A stretch of DNA of 55,814 nucleotides from Thermodesulfovibrio sp. (GTDB lineage: Bacteria; Nitrospirota; Thermodesulfovibrionia; Thermodesulfovibrionales; Thermodesulfovibrionaceae): positions 1-55,814 of the forward strand of contig JANXBR010000001.1 in NCBI GenBank assembly GCA_025060625.1. The letters run 5' to 3'. The number at the start of each line of letters is the position of its first letter. The first letter of the stretch is position 1. The notes under the pieces were generated by a model. The model saw only the letters and a program-made list of their open reading frames with translations. It did no database searches and was not told where the DNA came from. Shown here in pieces: positions 18,049-27,438 of the stretch. The translations under genes were made by a program, and so were the position numbers.

Positions 18049-19932
18049 ATGAAAAACATAAAACAATTAGTTTTTAAACTTCTTAATAGTCCTGACCCTT
18101 CAATCCGAAGAAAGGCAGCAGAAGAACTCTCTGAGGCTGATGAAAGAGCAATATATCCATTGATAAAAGCATTAAGAGACCAAAACACAGCGGTTCAGGA
18201 AGCAGCAACACACTCCTTGATCTCAATTGGTAGTAGAGAAAGTTATTCTTTGATAGATCCTGGTGAGGTTGTAACATATATGGTCATTCCTCTTTTAAGA
18301 GAACATGAGACTTATTTAAGAAACACAGCGATTTTAATAATTAAAGAAATAGGATACAGAGTTCCAGAACTTCTCTATAAACTTCTTAAAGATAAGGATC
18401 CTGATATTAGAAAGTTTGCCCTTGATTTAATAGCAGATATTAAAAGAGGATTTGACCCTTCAATGATACTTCCATTAATGAAAGATGAAAATGGAAATGT
18501 AAGAGCAGCAGCAGCTCATGCCTTAGGTGAGTTGGGGTACAGAGAGTCAATTCCTTTTCTCGTTGAAAACTTGAATGATGAAGAATGGGTTGTGTTTTAT
18601 GTGCTTCAGAGTCTCGCCCAGCTCAAGGCTGAAGAAGTTGCAGATAAAATAGGCGAACTTCTTCTAAATACAGAATCTCTTTTAATAAAGGCTGAAGCAA
18701 TAGAAACCTTAGGAAAAATAGGAACTGAAAATGTAGCAGAACCACTATTAAAGTATTTTCCTTTGGCAACAAAAGATGAAAAGCAACAGATCGTTAAAGC
18801 ATTAATCAGAATAGGCATAATTCCAGATGGACAGGATTTAAAAGAAGAGATTCTATCTATTTTTAGAGAACAAGACTGGGATGCAAAATTAATAGCCCTA
18901 AAGGGTATAAAGATAAAAAATATCAAAGAGGCAATTCCTCTAATTGTAGAGGAAGCTGGAGCTCTTGATCCAAGCTGCTTTGATTATGACGAAAAAATTC
19001 AACTTCTTGAAGATGCTTTGATCTCCATAGACTCAGAAGATGAACTAATTTTAATGATTGAGAAAAATAAATTAAGATTTAGAGCAAAAGCCTTTGTTAT
19101 AAAGATACTTGGCACGTTGAAAAGTCAAAAAGCAGTTCCTATTCTTATAAATCTTCTTGAAGATATTAAGAGAGATATAAGGATTGCTTCAGCAAGAGCT
19201 CTTGGTGAGATTGGCAGTAAAGAGGTTGTATCACCTCTAATTAAAAAGTCAGGCGATGACTATGATCCAAATGTAAGAAAAGCAGCAATTGAAGCCTTAG
19301 GAATGATAAGGGCACCTGAAGCCTATGAAGCCCTATCAAAACTACTTGAAAAAGAATCTTACTTTGATATCATTGAGGCTCTTGTTACAAGTCTTATATC
19401 TATTGATCCTGATAGATTTTTAAAGAATCTGAAATCTTACAGAAGAGAGGTAAAGCAAGTTTTAGCAAACATTACTTACTCCTTTGAAATTTTAGATAGT
19501 CTTCTTAAGTGCGAAGATAAGGAAGTACAAAAAGCAGCTTTATATGCACTTGGGAGACTTGCAAATGAGCAAGCCATATCTAAAATTCTTGAATTTATTA
19601 AATCAGAAGATAAAGAGTTGAAGAAGATAGCTATTTTAGCACTTGGAGAAGCCAATTTCTGTTCTACCGAACTTATACAATGCGTTAAGGATGAAGATCC
19701 CTGGATAAGATACTACGCTATTAAGTCAATCTATAAAGCCTGTGATCCTGATGTAGTTTTTGAAAAAATTGCTCCGCTTTTAGATGACCCCTTCCCTCCA
19801 GTTGTCATTGCTGCATTAGAGGCTCTATCTGAGTTAGGGGGTCCTGAAGTTTATGATATTCTTATATCCAAGAAAAATCATCCAGACAAAGAAATTAGAG
19901 AAAAGATAGAGGAGGTTTTACAGAAATTATGA
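18049..19932 (+). CDS. HEAT/PBS-lyase repeat protein heading the chemotaxis operon
   Basis: Many D....VR..AA.ALG repeats. ATG 18049 follows GGAGG; ATGA overlap with cheR. Confidence 0.88.
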   Translation: MKNIKQLVFKLLNSPDPSIRRKAAEELSEADERAIYPLIKALRDQNTAVQEAATHSLISIGSRESYSLIDPGEVVTYMVIPLLREHETYLRNTAILIIKEIGYRVPELLYKLLKDKDPDIRKFALDLIADIKRGFDPSMILPLMKDENGNVRAAAAHALGELGYRESIPFLVENLNDEEWVVFYVLQSLAQLKAEEVADKIGELLLNTESLLIKAEAIETLGKIGTENVAEPLLKYFPLATKDEKQQIVKALIRIGIIPDGQDLKEEILSIFREQDWDAKLIALKGIKIKNIKEAIPLIVEEAGALDPSCFDYDEKIQLLEDALISIDSEDELILMIEKNKLRFRAKAFVIKILGTLKSQKAVPILINLLEDIKRDIRIASARALGEIGSKEVVSPLIKKSGDDYDPNVRKAAIEALGMIRAPEAYEALSKLLEKESYFDIIEALVTSLISIDPDRFLKNLKSYRREVKQVLANITYSFEILDSLLKCEDKEVQKAALYALGRLANEQAISKILEFIKSEDKELKKIAILALGEANFCSTELIQCVKDEDPWIRYYAIKSIYKACDPDVVFEKIAPLLDDPFPPVVIAALEALSELGGPEVYDILISKKNHPDKEIREKIEEVLQKL

Positions 19933-20774
19933 CAAACCATACCTCTTCTGTAACTATAAATGACGAAATTTTCAAGCAGTTGAGAGATTTTGTTTATGAA
20001 AAGACAGGTATTTATGTCCCAGACAATAAAAAGTATTTTCTTGAGAATAGACTAAGTAGAATCCTAAGAGAGAAGAATCTTCGTAATTTTGAAGACTATC
20101 TTTATTTTTTAAAATACAGTGCAAACAAAAATGATATCGCAAGACTTTTTGACGCTGTTACAACAAATGAAACATTTTTTTTCAGAGAGCCTCAGCAGTT
20201 TGAAGTATTTGCTCAGAATCTTATACCGCAAATAATAAAGGAAAATTCACAAATGGGCAGAAAGGATATTAAAATATGGTCTGCTGCCTGTTCCACTGGA
20301 GAAGAACCCTACACAATTGCTATGATTTTGCATGACCTGCCTGAATTGAATCCCCTTAGAAAAGAAATATATGCCTCTGACATAAGTGAAAGCGTTCTTA
20401 TGTCAGCTAAAAGAGCCATATATGGAGCTTATTCGGTCAGAAATATTCCCCCTAAGTTCATGGCAAAATACTTTAAAGATAGCTCAGGAATGTATGTACT
20501 TTCTGATTCAATAAAATCAATGGTAAAATTTCTAAATATAAATCTAATTGATGAAAGGGAAGTAAAACAACTGAAAGGAATAGATGTGGTGTTCTGCAGA
20601 AATGTTTTAATATATTTTGATGATAAAGCAAAGAAAAAATCTGTTTCTCTTATATATGATGTTTTAAGACCAAAGGGCTATCTTTTTGTAGGAACATCGG
20701 AAAGTCTTCATAATATTACAAAAGCTTTTCGTCCTATTGTTATAAATAAAGTTATTGTATATCAAAAAGTTTAG
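19929..20774 (+). CDS. cheR: Chemotaxis methyltransferase CheR
   Basis: TTNETFFFRE, IWSAACSTGEEPYTIAM, VFCRNVLIYFD. Confidence 0.96.
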   Translation: MTNHTSSVTINDEIFKQLRDFVYEKTGIYVPDNKKYFLENRLSRILREKNLRNFEDYLYFLKYSANKNDIARLFDAVTTNETFFFREPQQFEVFAQNLIPQIIKENSQMGRKDIKIWSAACSTGEEPYTIAMILHDLPELNPLRKEIYASDISESVLMSAKRAIYGAYSVRNIPPKFMAKYFKDSSGMYVLSDSIKSMVKFLNINLIDEREVKQLKGIDVVFCRNVLIYFDDKAKKKSVSLIYDVLRPKGYLFVGTSESLHNITKAFRPIVINKVIVYQKV

Positions 20775-20787
20775 TGAGGAGGATATT

Positions 20788-21162
20788 ATGAAAGTTCTCA
20801 TAGTAGATGACGATAAAACAACAAGAAAGATGATATCCCTAATTCTTAAAAGCAAAGGATATGAGGTTGTAACAGCTGAAAATGGTATAGAGGCATTACA
20901 AATACTTGGACTTGAAAAAATAAACTTAATTCTTACAGATATGAACATGCCCTACATGGATGGAATAGAGTTAATAAAACAGGTAAGAACAAATCCTGAC
21001 ATATCCAATATTCCTATTGTTATGATTACAACAGAGGCAGATGAAGATGAAAAAAGAAAAGCCTTTGATGCAGGTGTAGATGACTATCTTGTAAAACCGA
21101 CCAATGCTGAACAGATTAATGAAAGCATTAAAAAAATATTGAAAAAATTTTTCAATAAATAG
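20788..21162 (+). CDS. cheY: CheY-like single-domain response regulator
   Basis: VLIVDDD, ILTDMNMP, ITTE, YLVKP. ATG 20788 follows GAGGAGG. Confidence 0.8.
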   Translation: MKVLIVDDDKTTRKMISLILKSKGYEVVTAENGIEALQILGLEKINLILTDMNMPYMDGIELIKQVRTNPDISNIPIVMITTEADEDEKRKAFDAGVDDYLVKPTNAEQINESIKKILKKFFNK

Positions 21163-21174
21163 AGGGAGGATAGC

Positions 21175-21579
21175 ATGTTTAACTATAAAATAAAAGTTTT
21201 AGTAGTTGATGATTTTCCAACAATGCGCCGAATTATAAAAAATCTTCTTAAACAACTTGGATTTGAAAATATTGATGAAGCAGAAAACGGAGAAGATGCA
21301 TTAAGAAAGCTAAGAAGCACAGAATATGGACTTATAATCTCAGATTGGAACATGCCGGTAATGGAAGGAATAGAACTTTTAAGACAAATGAGAAATGATC
21401 CTGCACTAAAAGAAATACCCTTTTTAATGGTAACAGCTGAAGCTGAAAAGGAGAAAGTTATTGAGGCAATAAAGGCAGGTGTGGACAACTATATAGTAAA
21501 ACCTTTTACTGGAGAAGTTTTAAAGGAAAAACTTGAAAAGATTGCTCAGAAAAGACCATCTCTTAAAGGAGGACAGTAA
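21175..21579 (+). CDS. cheY: Chemotaxis response regulator CheY
   Basis: VVDDFPTMRRII.NLL, ISDWNMP, MVTAEA, YIVKPFT; enteric-like CheY signature. Confidence 0.94.
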   Translation: MFNYKIKVLVVDDFPTMRRIIKNLLKQLGFENIDEAENGEDALRKLRSTEYGLIISDWNMPVMEGIELLRQMRNDPALKEIPFLMVTAEAEKEKVIEAIKAGVDNYIVKPFTGEVLKEKLEKIAQKRPSLKGGQ

Positions 21580-23273
21580 TGGCTGATGAGATGGATGAGA
21601 TAATAAACGAATTTATTGTAGAAGCAGAAGAAATTCTTGAACAGCTTGATCCTCTTTTTGTAGAACTTGAACAAAAACAGGACGCTGAGATCATTAATGA
21701 GATATTTAGGGGAATGCATACTCTCAAAGGAGCTGCGGGTTTTCTTGGCTTTCAAAATATTGTTGATGTTGCCCATAGAGCAGAAACAATCCTTAAAAAA
21801 ACCAGAGAAGGTGAGATTCCATTTACTCCTGAGATAACCGATGCCATACTAAAGGCAGTAGATACATTGAGAATTCTAATCTCACATATTAAAGAAAAGG
21901 AAGAAGTCACAGAGAATATTCAACCAGTTTTGGATTTACTTGATAGAACTCTTGAAACTGCTTCTAAAATAAAACCTGAAAAAACTGAAGTGATTGGACA
22001 AAAAGTAGAAAAAATTGAAACCGAAGAAATTGAGGTTAAACCTACAAAGCCAGAGGAAGTTGTAGCCCAGACTCCAAAGGAAAAAGAAGTTGCCACACTA
22101 AGAGTTGATGTTGAAAGAATAGACAAGGTAATGGATCTTGCAGGAGAGATAGTTCTTGCTCGTAACAGATTACTTAATCTCGCAAACAAACTTGAGGCAA
22201 AGTATGGCGGAGATGAACACATAGAGGGACTTGTTGAAACCACAGCATTTCTTGACAGGGTTACTTCAGATTTACAACTTGCAGTTATGAAGATGAGAAT
22301 GCAACCACTACAGAAAGTCTTTGTAAAATTTCCAAGAATGGTAAGAGACCTTGCCAAAACTCTTGGAAAAGAGATTGACCTTGAGATTATCGGTGAAGAT
22401 ACAGAGGTTGATAAATCTGTCATTGAACATATTGGAGACCCACTTGTCCATATAATAAGAAACTCAATAGACCACGGGATTGAATTCCCTGATGAGAGAG
22501 TATCAAAGGGAAAACCTTCAAAGGGCAAGATTGTTATAAATGCTTATCAGAAGGGAACTCAGATTGTTATAGATATATCTGATGATGGAAAGGGCATAGA
22601 TTATGAAGCTGTTAAAGCGAAAGCTATCACAAAAGGGCTTATTACCATTGAAGAAGCTGAAAAAATGTCTGAGGATGCAATAATAAACTTAATCTTTCTT
22701 CCTGGATTCTCTACAAAGGATGTCTCAACAGAATTAAGTGGCAGAGGAGTTGGAATGGATGTTGTTAGATCCAATGTGGCGAAACTTAATGGATATGTAG
22801 ATATATTTACAGAAAAAGATAAAGGAACAACTTTTAGAATAAGTTTACCTCTTACATTAGCCATAATTCAGGCTATGATGGTTCAGGTAGGAGAAGAAGT
22901 TTATGCCATACCCCAGTCTATGATTGAAGAAACATTAAGAATAAACATAGATGAAATCAAAGAAGTAACAGGACAAAAAGTCCTTACAATAAGAGACAAA
23001 GTTTTACCTCTTTTCTTACTAAACGAACTACTCGGAACTTATGGTAAGTCTGAAAATAGGAGAAAATACATTCTTGTAGCCAGCGTAGGAGAGAAGCGAT
23101 TTTGCATATCTGTAGATGCTGTCATTGGTCAGGAGGAAATTGTTATAAAAACAATAAATGGTATAGACTCTGAAGAATGTGGAATAATGGGAGCTACAAT
23201 CACAGGTGATGGTAAAGTTGTCTTAATTCTTGACCTTGCTATAATTTCAAGAAAAGTTTTAACTGTAAAATAA
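21579..23273 (+). CDS. cheA: Chemotaxis histidine kinase CheA (no P2 domain)
   Basis: IFRGMHTLKG (P1), LRVDVERID (P3), HIIRNSIDHGIE, DDGKG, SGRGVGMDVV, LPLTLAI (P5). Confidence 0.96.
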   Translation: MADEMDEIINEFIVEAEEILEQLDPLFVELEQKQDAEIINEIFRGMHTLKGAAGFLGFQNIVDVAHRAETILKKTREGEIPFTPEITDAILKAVDTLRILISHIKEKEEVTENIQPVLDLLDRTLETASKIKPEKTEVIGQKVEKIETEEIEVKPTKPEEVVAQTPKEKEVATLRVDVERIDKVMDLAGEIVLARNRLLNLANKLEAKYGGDEHIEGLVETTAFLDRVTSDLQLAVMKMRMQPLQKVFVKFPRMVRDLAKTLGKEIDLEIIGEDTEVDKSVIEHIGDPLVHIIRNSIDHGIEFPDERVSKGKPSKGKIVINAYQKGTQIVIDISDDGKGIDYEAVKAKAITKGLITIEEAEKMSEDAIINLIFLPGFSTKDVSTELSGRGVGMDVVRSNVAKLNGYVDIFTEKDKGTTFRISLPLTLAIIQAMMVQVGEEVYAIPQSMIEETLRINIDEIKEVTGQKVLTIRDKVLPLFLLNELLGTYGKSENRRKYILVASVGEKRFCISVDAVIGQEEIVIKTINGIDSEECGIMGATITGDGKVVLILDLAIISRKVLTVK

Positions 23274-23292
23274 ATTTATTGGGAGAGTAAAA

Positions 23293-24480
23293 ATGAAACA
23301 GTACATCGGTTTTATTCTTGAAAAAAATGAATATACTGTTCCTATCTTAAAAGTACAGGAAATTATCAAACTGCCTCAGATTACAAAAATGCCTGGAGTT
23401 CCCTACTATGTTGAAGGAGTTACAAATCTTCGTGGACGAGTGATACCTATTGTTAATTTAAAAAGAATTCTTGGTATTCCTGAAGAAAACAGTGGTAGCA
23501 AGGTAATTGTTGTCTCGTCAGGAAAGATAACCTTTGGCGCCTTAGTTGATGATATTACCGGGGTAATAAACATAGATGAGACAAATGTTGAATCGGCTGA
23601 AGAGTTTATGCAACAACAAGGACAGAACCAGATAGAAGGTGTTGCCAGAATGAATGACAGATTACTTGTTTTACTTGATCCTAAAAAACTGATTCCTACA
23701 GAGGATCAGAGTCTTTTTGAAGATGATATTGTAGAACTTCACGAGGAAGGAGAAAAAGTTGAGATAATTAAAAAAGTTAGTGGAATAGGCGGAGATATGG
23801 TAGTTAAAGAAATCATTGATCCTGTAAAATTTTATGAACAGAAGGGTATTTCAAAAAGCGATCCAAGATATGTTCTACTTGAAGAAATAACCAATTTTAT
23901 GAATATGGTTGCTCATGGAGATTTTGAGCAAGCAAATAGAATAATGAATAATATAATTCAGAAAAGTCAGAGTGATTTATTTAAAGAGATTGGAAAGGTT
24001 GCGAGAAAACTTCATGATTCTCTTAAAAGTTTCAGAGAAGCCCTTGATCCAAGATTAAAGGAAATTGCTATTGAAAGAATGCCAAGAGCTGTTGACCAAC
24101 TCCAGATGGTCATTGATAAAACAGAGGAAGCAGCAAACAAAACAATGGAAATTGTTGAAAAATATATTTTAAAAATGGATGATGTGGCAAATCACATAAG
24201 ACAGATTCAAGGACCCACTGAAAGTGTAGAATTTCTTAAAAATTTTAAAAATTCGCTTGAAGATGATCTAACAAACATTCTTACTACTCAATCATTTCAA
24301 GACCTTACTGGACAAGTTTTAAAGAAAGTAATCTCTCTGGTGGGAGACTTGGAAGTGGAACTCATTCGTCTTATAACCACTTTTGGATTGAAGATTGAAG
24401 AGAAGGAGATTGCACAAAAAAAAGCAGAAAAAGTAACGCAAGAAGATGTTGATGAATTACTTAAAGAATTTGGTTTTTAA
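23293..24480 (+). CDS. CheW-CheZ fusion protein
   Basis: N-terminal CheW (VQEII, GVTNLRGRVIPIVNL, GALVD). C-terminal CheZ (TEEAANKTM, QSFQDLTGQVLKKV, QEDVDELLKEFGF). Confidence 0.9.
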   Translation: MKQYIGFILEKNEYTVPILKVQEIIKLPQITKMPGVPYYVEGVTNLRGRVIPIVNLKRILGIPEENSGSKVIVVSSGKITFGALVDDITGVINIDETNVESAEEFMQQQGQNQIEGVARMNDRLLVLLDPKKLIPTEDQSLFEDDIVELHEEGEKVEIIKKVSGIGGDMVVKEIIDPVKFYEQKGISKSDPRYVLLEEITNFMNMVAHGDFEQANRIMNNIIQKSQSDLFKEIGKVARKLHDSLKSFREALDPRLKEIAIERMPRAVDQLQMVIDKTEEAANKTMEIVEKYILKMDDVANHIRQIQGPTESVEFLKNFKNSLEDDLTNILTTQSFQDLTGQVLKKVISLVGDLEVELIRLITTFGLKIEEKEIAQKKAEKVTQEDVDELLKEFGF

Positions 24481-24489
24481 GGAGTGTCT

Positions 24490-25545
24490 ATGATTAAAGT
24501 TTTAATTGTTGATGATTCAGCCTTTATGAGAAAGGCTATAGCTACAATGCTTCAGGAAGATTCTGAAATAAAAGTAATTGGAACAGCAAGAGATGGACTT
24601 GAAGCAATTCAGATGATTCAACAACTAAAACCAGATATAGTAACCCTTGATGTAGAAATGCCAAGGATGGACGGAATAACTGCTTTAAAAGAGATAATGA
24701 GTAAGTGCCCTGTTCCTGTTATTATGGTAAGTTCTCTTACAACCGAAGGTGCTAAGGTAACTATTGAAGCACTTGAACTTGGTGCAGTTGATTTTATACC
24801 TAAAAATCTCGCCGAACTTTCAGTTAATATTGTCAAGATTAAAGGCATGCTAATTGACAAGATTAAAACTATTGCTAAAAGAGGTATTGTTAAAAGAAAA
24901 ACTCCTATTAAAGTACCTGAGACAAAAATTGAACCTCCAAAGATTGATATACCGAAAACAAGAGTTAGTACAGAAAGAAAAGTAGGAATTGTATCCATCG
25001 GTACCTCCACAGGAGGTCCCAAGGCTCTTCAGGAGATTATTCCCAAACTACCTAAGGATTTTCCTGTTCCCATTGTAATTGCTCAGCATATGCCACCAAA
25101 TTTTACAAAGCCCTTTGCTGAAAGACTTGACCAGTTAAGTCAGCTTTCAGTAAAAGAAGCAGAAGAAGGTGAAATTATAAAACCAGGAGTTGTATATGTA
25201 GCACCTGGAAGAGGACATATGAGACTTAAAAGGAGAGGAATTGAAACCTTTATCTCTATTTCAGAGGATAGAGAAGAGTTTATCTATCGTCCAAGTGTTG
25301 ATGTGTTAATGCTCTCTGTGGCAGAATGTTTTCCTGGTAGAAGTCTTGGAGTTATACTTACAGGAATGGGTAATGATGGAGCAATGGGATGTAAAAAAAT
25401 AAAAGAAACAGGTGGAAGAATATTTGCTCAAAATGAAGAAAGTTGTGTAGTATATGGTATGCCTCGTGCTGTTGTTGAAGCAGGAATAGCTGATAAAGTT
25501 ATTCCTCTTGAAGAAATGGCAGGAGAAATAATAAATGCAGTATAG
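24490..25545 (+). CDS. cheB: Chemotaxis methylesterase CheB (REC + esterase)
   Basis: VDDSAFMR, TLDVEMP, STGGP, QHMP, RPSVD, LTGMGNDG. ATG 24490 follows AAGGAG. Confidence 0.96.
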   Translation: MIKVLIVDDSAFMRKAIATMLQEDSEIKVIGTARDGLEAIQMIQQLKPDIVTLDVEMPRMDGITALKEIMSKCPVPVIMVSSLTTEGAKVTIEALELGAVDFIPKNLAELSVNIVKIKGMLIDKIKTIAKRGIVKRKTPIKVPETKIEPPKIDIPKTRVSTERKVGIVSIGTSTGGPKALQEIIPKLPKDFPVPIVIAQHMPPNFTKPFAERLDQLSQLSVKEAEEGEIIKPGVVYVAPGRGHMRLKRRGIETFISISEDREEFIYRPSVDVLMLSVAECFPGRSLGVILTGMGNDGAMGCKKIKETGGRIFAQNEESCVVYGMPRAVVEAGIADKVIPLEEMAGEIINAV

Positions 25546-25555
25546 GAGAACATAA

Positions 25556-26395
25556 TTGCAGGAAGAAATAATTGAAAGAATAATTTTTAAAACCGTTGAT
25601 ATTCCTTCTTTGCCTCCTATTGCTATGAAGGTTATGAGTCTAATACAGGACGACTATGCATCTTTAAAATCTCTTGAAGAAATAATCTCCCGTGACCAAG
25701 GATTTGCTACAAGACTTCTAAGAATAGCAAACTCACCTTACTATGGACGCGATAGAAAAATTGAGAATATCCCTCAAGCTTTATTAATTATCGGATTTGA
25801 AACTCTTAAATCTCTTGTTATTGCAACTTCGCTAAGAGATTTACACAGACGTTTTGGAATATTTGAACAGAGACTATGGGAACACAGTCTCGGAGTGGCT
25901 CTTTGTTCAAGCCTACTGGCTATGGTTACTCATATAGCAACAACTGATGACGCTTTAGTCTGTGGTCTAATTCACGATGTTGGAAAGACAGTTATAAATA
26001 ATACCATACCTGAACTGTATATGCAGATATATGATAGAATGACCAAAGAAAAAAGAATGTTATTAGAGATAGAGGATGAAGCCTTAGGATTTAATCATAC
26101 CGTTATAGGTAGTCTTATCTCAAAAAAATGGAAACTTCCTGAAAAATTAGAAAAGGTTATAACCTATCATCATACCTATCCATATCCAGACCATGAAGAT
26201 CAAGCATATGCTGATATATGCAATGTTGTAAGAGTTGCAGACCAGATATGTCTTAATCTTGGAATAGGCTTAAAAGACCCCTTTACCACCAATATAGACC
26301 ATGAATCCCTCGGAATTACAGAAGAAGAGCTAAATGAACTCATAGGATTATTTAAAATAAAATTTGATAAACAAAAAGACTTTTTACTAAGTTAA
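25556..26395 (+). CDS. HDOD-domain protein
   Basis: IPSLP, RLLRIANSPYYG, WEHSL, GLIHDVGK, GFNH..IG...W.LP. TTG start after AGGAG. Confidence 0.9.
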   Translation: MQEEIIERIIFKTVDIPSLPPIAMKVMSLIQDDYASLKSLEEIISRDQGFATRLLRIANSPYYGRDRKIENIPQALLIIGFETLKSLVIATSLRDLHRRFGIFEQRLWEHSLGVALCSSLLAMVTHIATTDDALVCGLIHDVGKTVINNTIPELYMQIYDRMTKEKRMLLEIEDEALGFNHTVIGSLISKKWKLPEKLEKVITYHHTYPYPDHEDQAYADICNVVRVADQICLNLGIGLKDPFTTNIDHESLGITEEELNELIGLFKIKFDKQKDFLLS

Positions 26396-26581
26396 ATGGC
26401 AGATGAAGAAAAAATAGACCCTTTATTACCCTACAGAGGTATGAGACCTATAAAAGAAGGTTCTGTTTTCGCAAAGTATAAAGTTAAAAAAAAATCCAAA
26501 AAAGCTGAAGAAAAACAGCAAAAAGAAAACATCTCCTCAGAAGAAAAATCATCCAACCATAGAATAGACATAGAAGTATAA
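26396..26581 (+). CDS. Small hypothetical protein with C-terminal IDIEV motif
   Basis: 61 aa, starts immediately after the HDOD stop; charged low-complexity middle. Confidence 0.55.
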   Translation: MADEEKIDPLLPYRGMRPIKEGSVFAKYKVKKKSKKAEEKQQKENISSEEKSSNHRIDIEV

Positions 26582-26658
26582 AATTCCTTTAAGGAAAAAA
26601 TTTCCTACTTTAACAGACTTAAATTAAAAAAAAACAATAAAATTAAAAATATTTTCGT

Positions 26659-26674
26659 TGGCATGATCATTGCT
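26659..26674 (+). promoter_or_regulatory. Sigma54 (-24/-12) promoter of the flgF operon
   Basis: TGGCATGATCATTGCT is near-consensus GG-N10-GC, 29 nt before the flgF ATG. Confidence 0.88.
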
Positions 26675-26703
26675 TCGTTTTGTTTTAAAAGAAGGAGGTA
26701 AGG

Positions 26704-27423
26704 ATGTACAAGGGAATTTATATAACAATGACTGGAATGAGTATGAGAGAAAATGAACTTTCAGCTATTTCCAACAACCTTGCCAATATTAATACAACTG
26801 GCTATAAAAGACAGAGCTTTGCAAGCCAGCTTTATCCAATTCTTTCAGGAAGACCACCCCAGCCAAATGCTATATATCAGAATGCAAGAGCCCAAACATA
26901 CTTTGGCAGTCAATATATTGATAAATCTCAGGGAAATCTTAGGTACACTCAGAATCCTCTTGATCTTGCAATTCAGGGAGAAGGATTTTTCGCAGTAATG
27001 CAAGGCAATAATGTTCTATACACCAGAGAAGGTTCATTTACAAAAGATAAAGAAAACTATCTTGTTACCCAGACAGGTCTAAAAGTTCTTGATGAAAATA
27101 ACAATCCCATACTATTAGAAGGAACAAAAGTAGAGGTAGCAAAAGATGGAACAGTAATAGTTGATGGAAATGCTGTAGGAAGAATCAAACTTGTTAATCT
27201 TAATAATCTAAGACATGTGGGACACTCTCTCTATGACGGTGTAGAAACAGACGCAGAAACTGGACAGATACTTCAGGGTTGGATCGAGAGTTCCAATGTA
27301 AATCCAATAAGTGAGATGGTTCAGATGATTCAAGCTATAAGAAATTTTGACTTTATTCAGAGAGCAACAAGAAATTTTGATGAGCTGGCTCAAAGAGCAG
27401 TAAGTGAAATTGCAAGAATATAA
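26704..27423 (+). CDS. flgF: Flagellar basal-body rod protein FlgF
   Basis: SNNLANINTTGYK, PLDLAIQGEGFF, YTR.G.F, ESSNVN; precedes flgG. Confidence 0.9.
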   Translation: MYKGIYITMTGMSMRENELSAISNNLANINTTGYKRQSFASQLYPILSGRPPQPNAIYQNARAQTYFGSQYIDKSQGNLRYTQNPLDLAIQGEGFFAVMQGNNVLYTREGSFTKDKENYLVTQTGLKVLDENNNPILLEGTKVEVAKDGTVIVDGNAVGRIKLVNLNNLRHVGHSLYDGVETDAETGQILQGWIESSNVNPISEMVQMIQAIRNFDFIQRATRNFDELAQRAVSEIARI

Positions 27424-27438
27424 AGAAGGAGGTAAACC

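Noticed and set aside
26626-26634. A9 tract upstream of the flgF promoter as a phase-variation switch
   Set aside because: A/T runs of 7-9 nt are common throughout this AT-rich window; there is no evidence of length variation.
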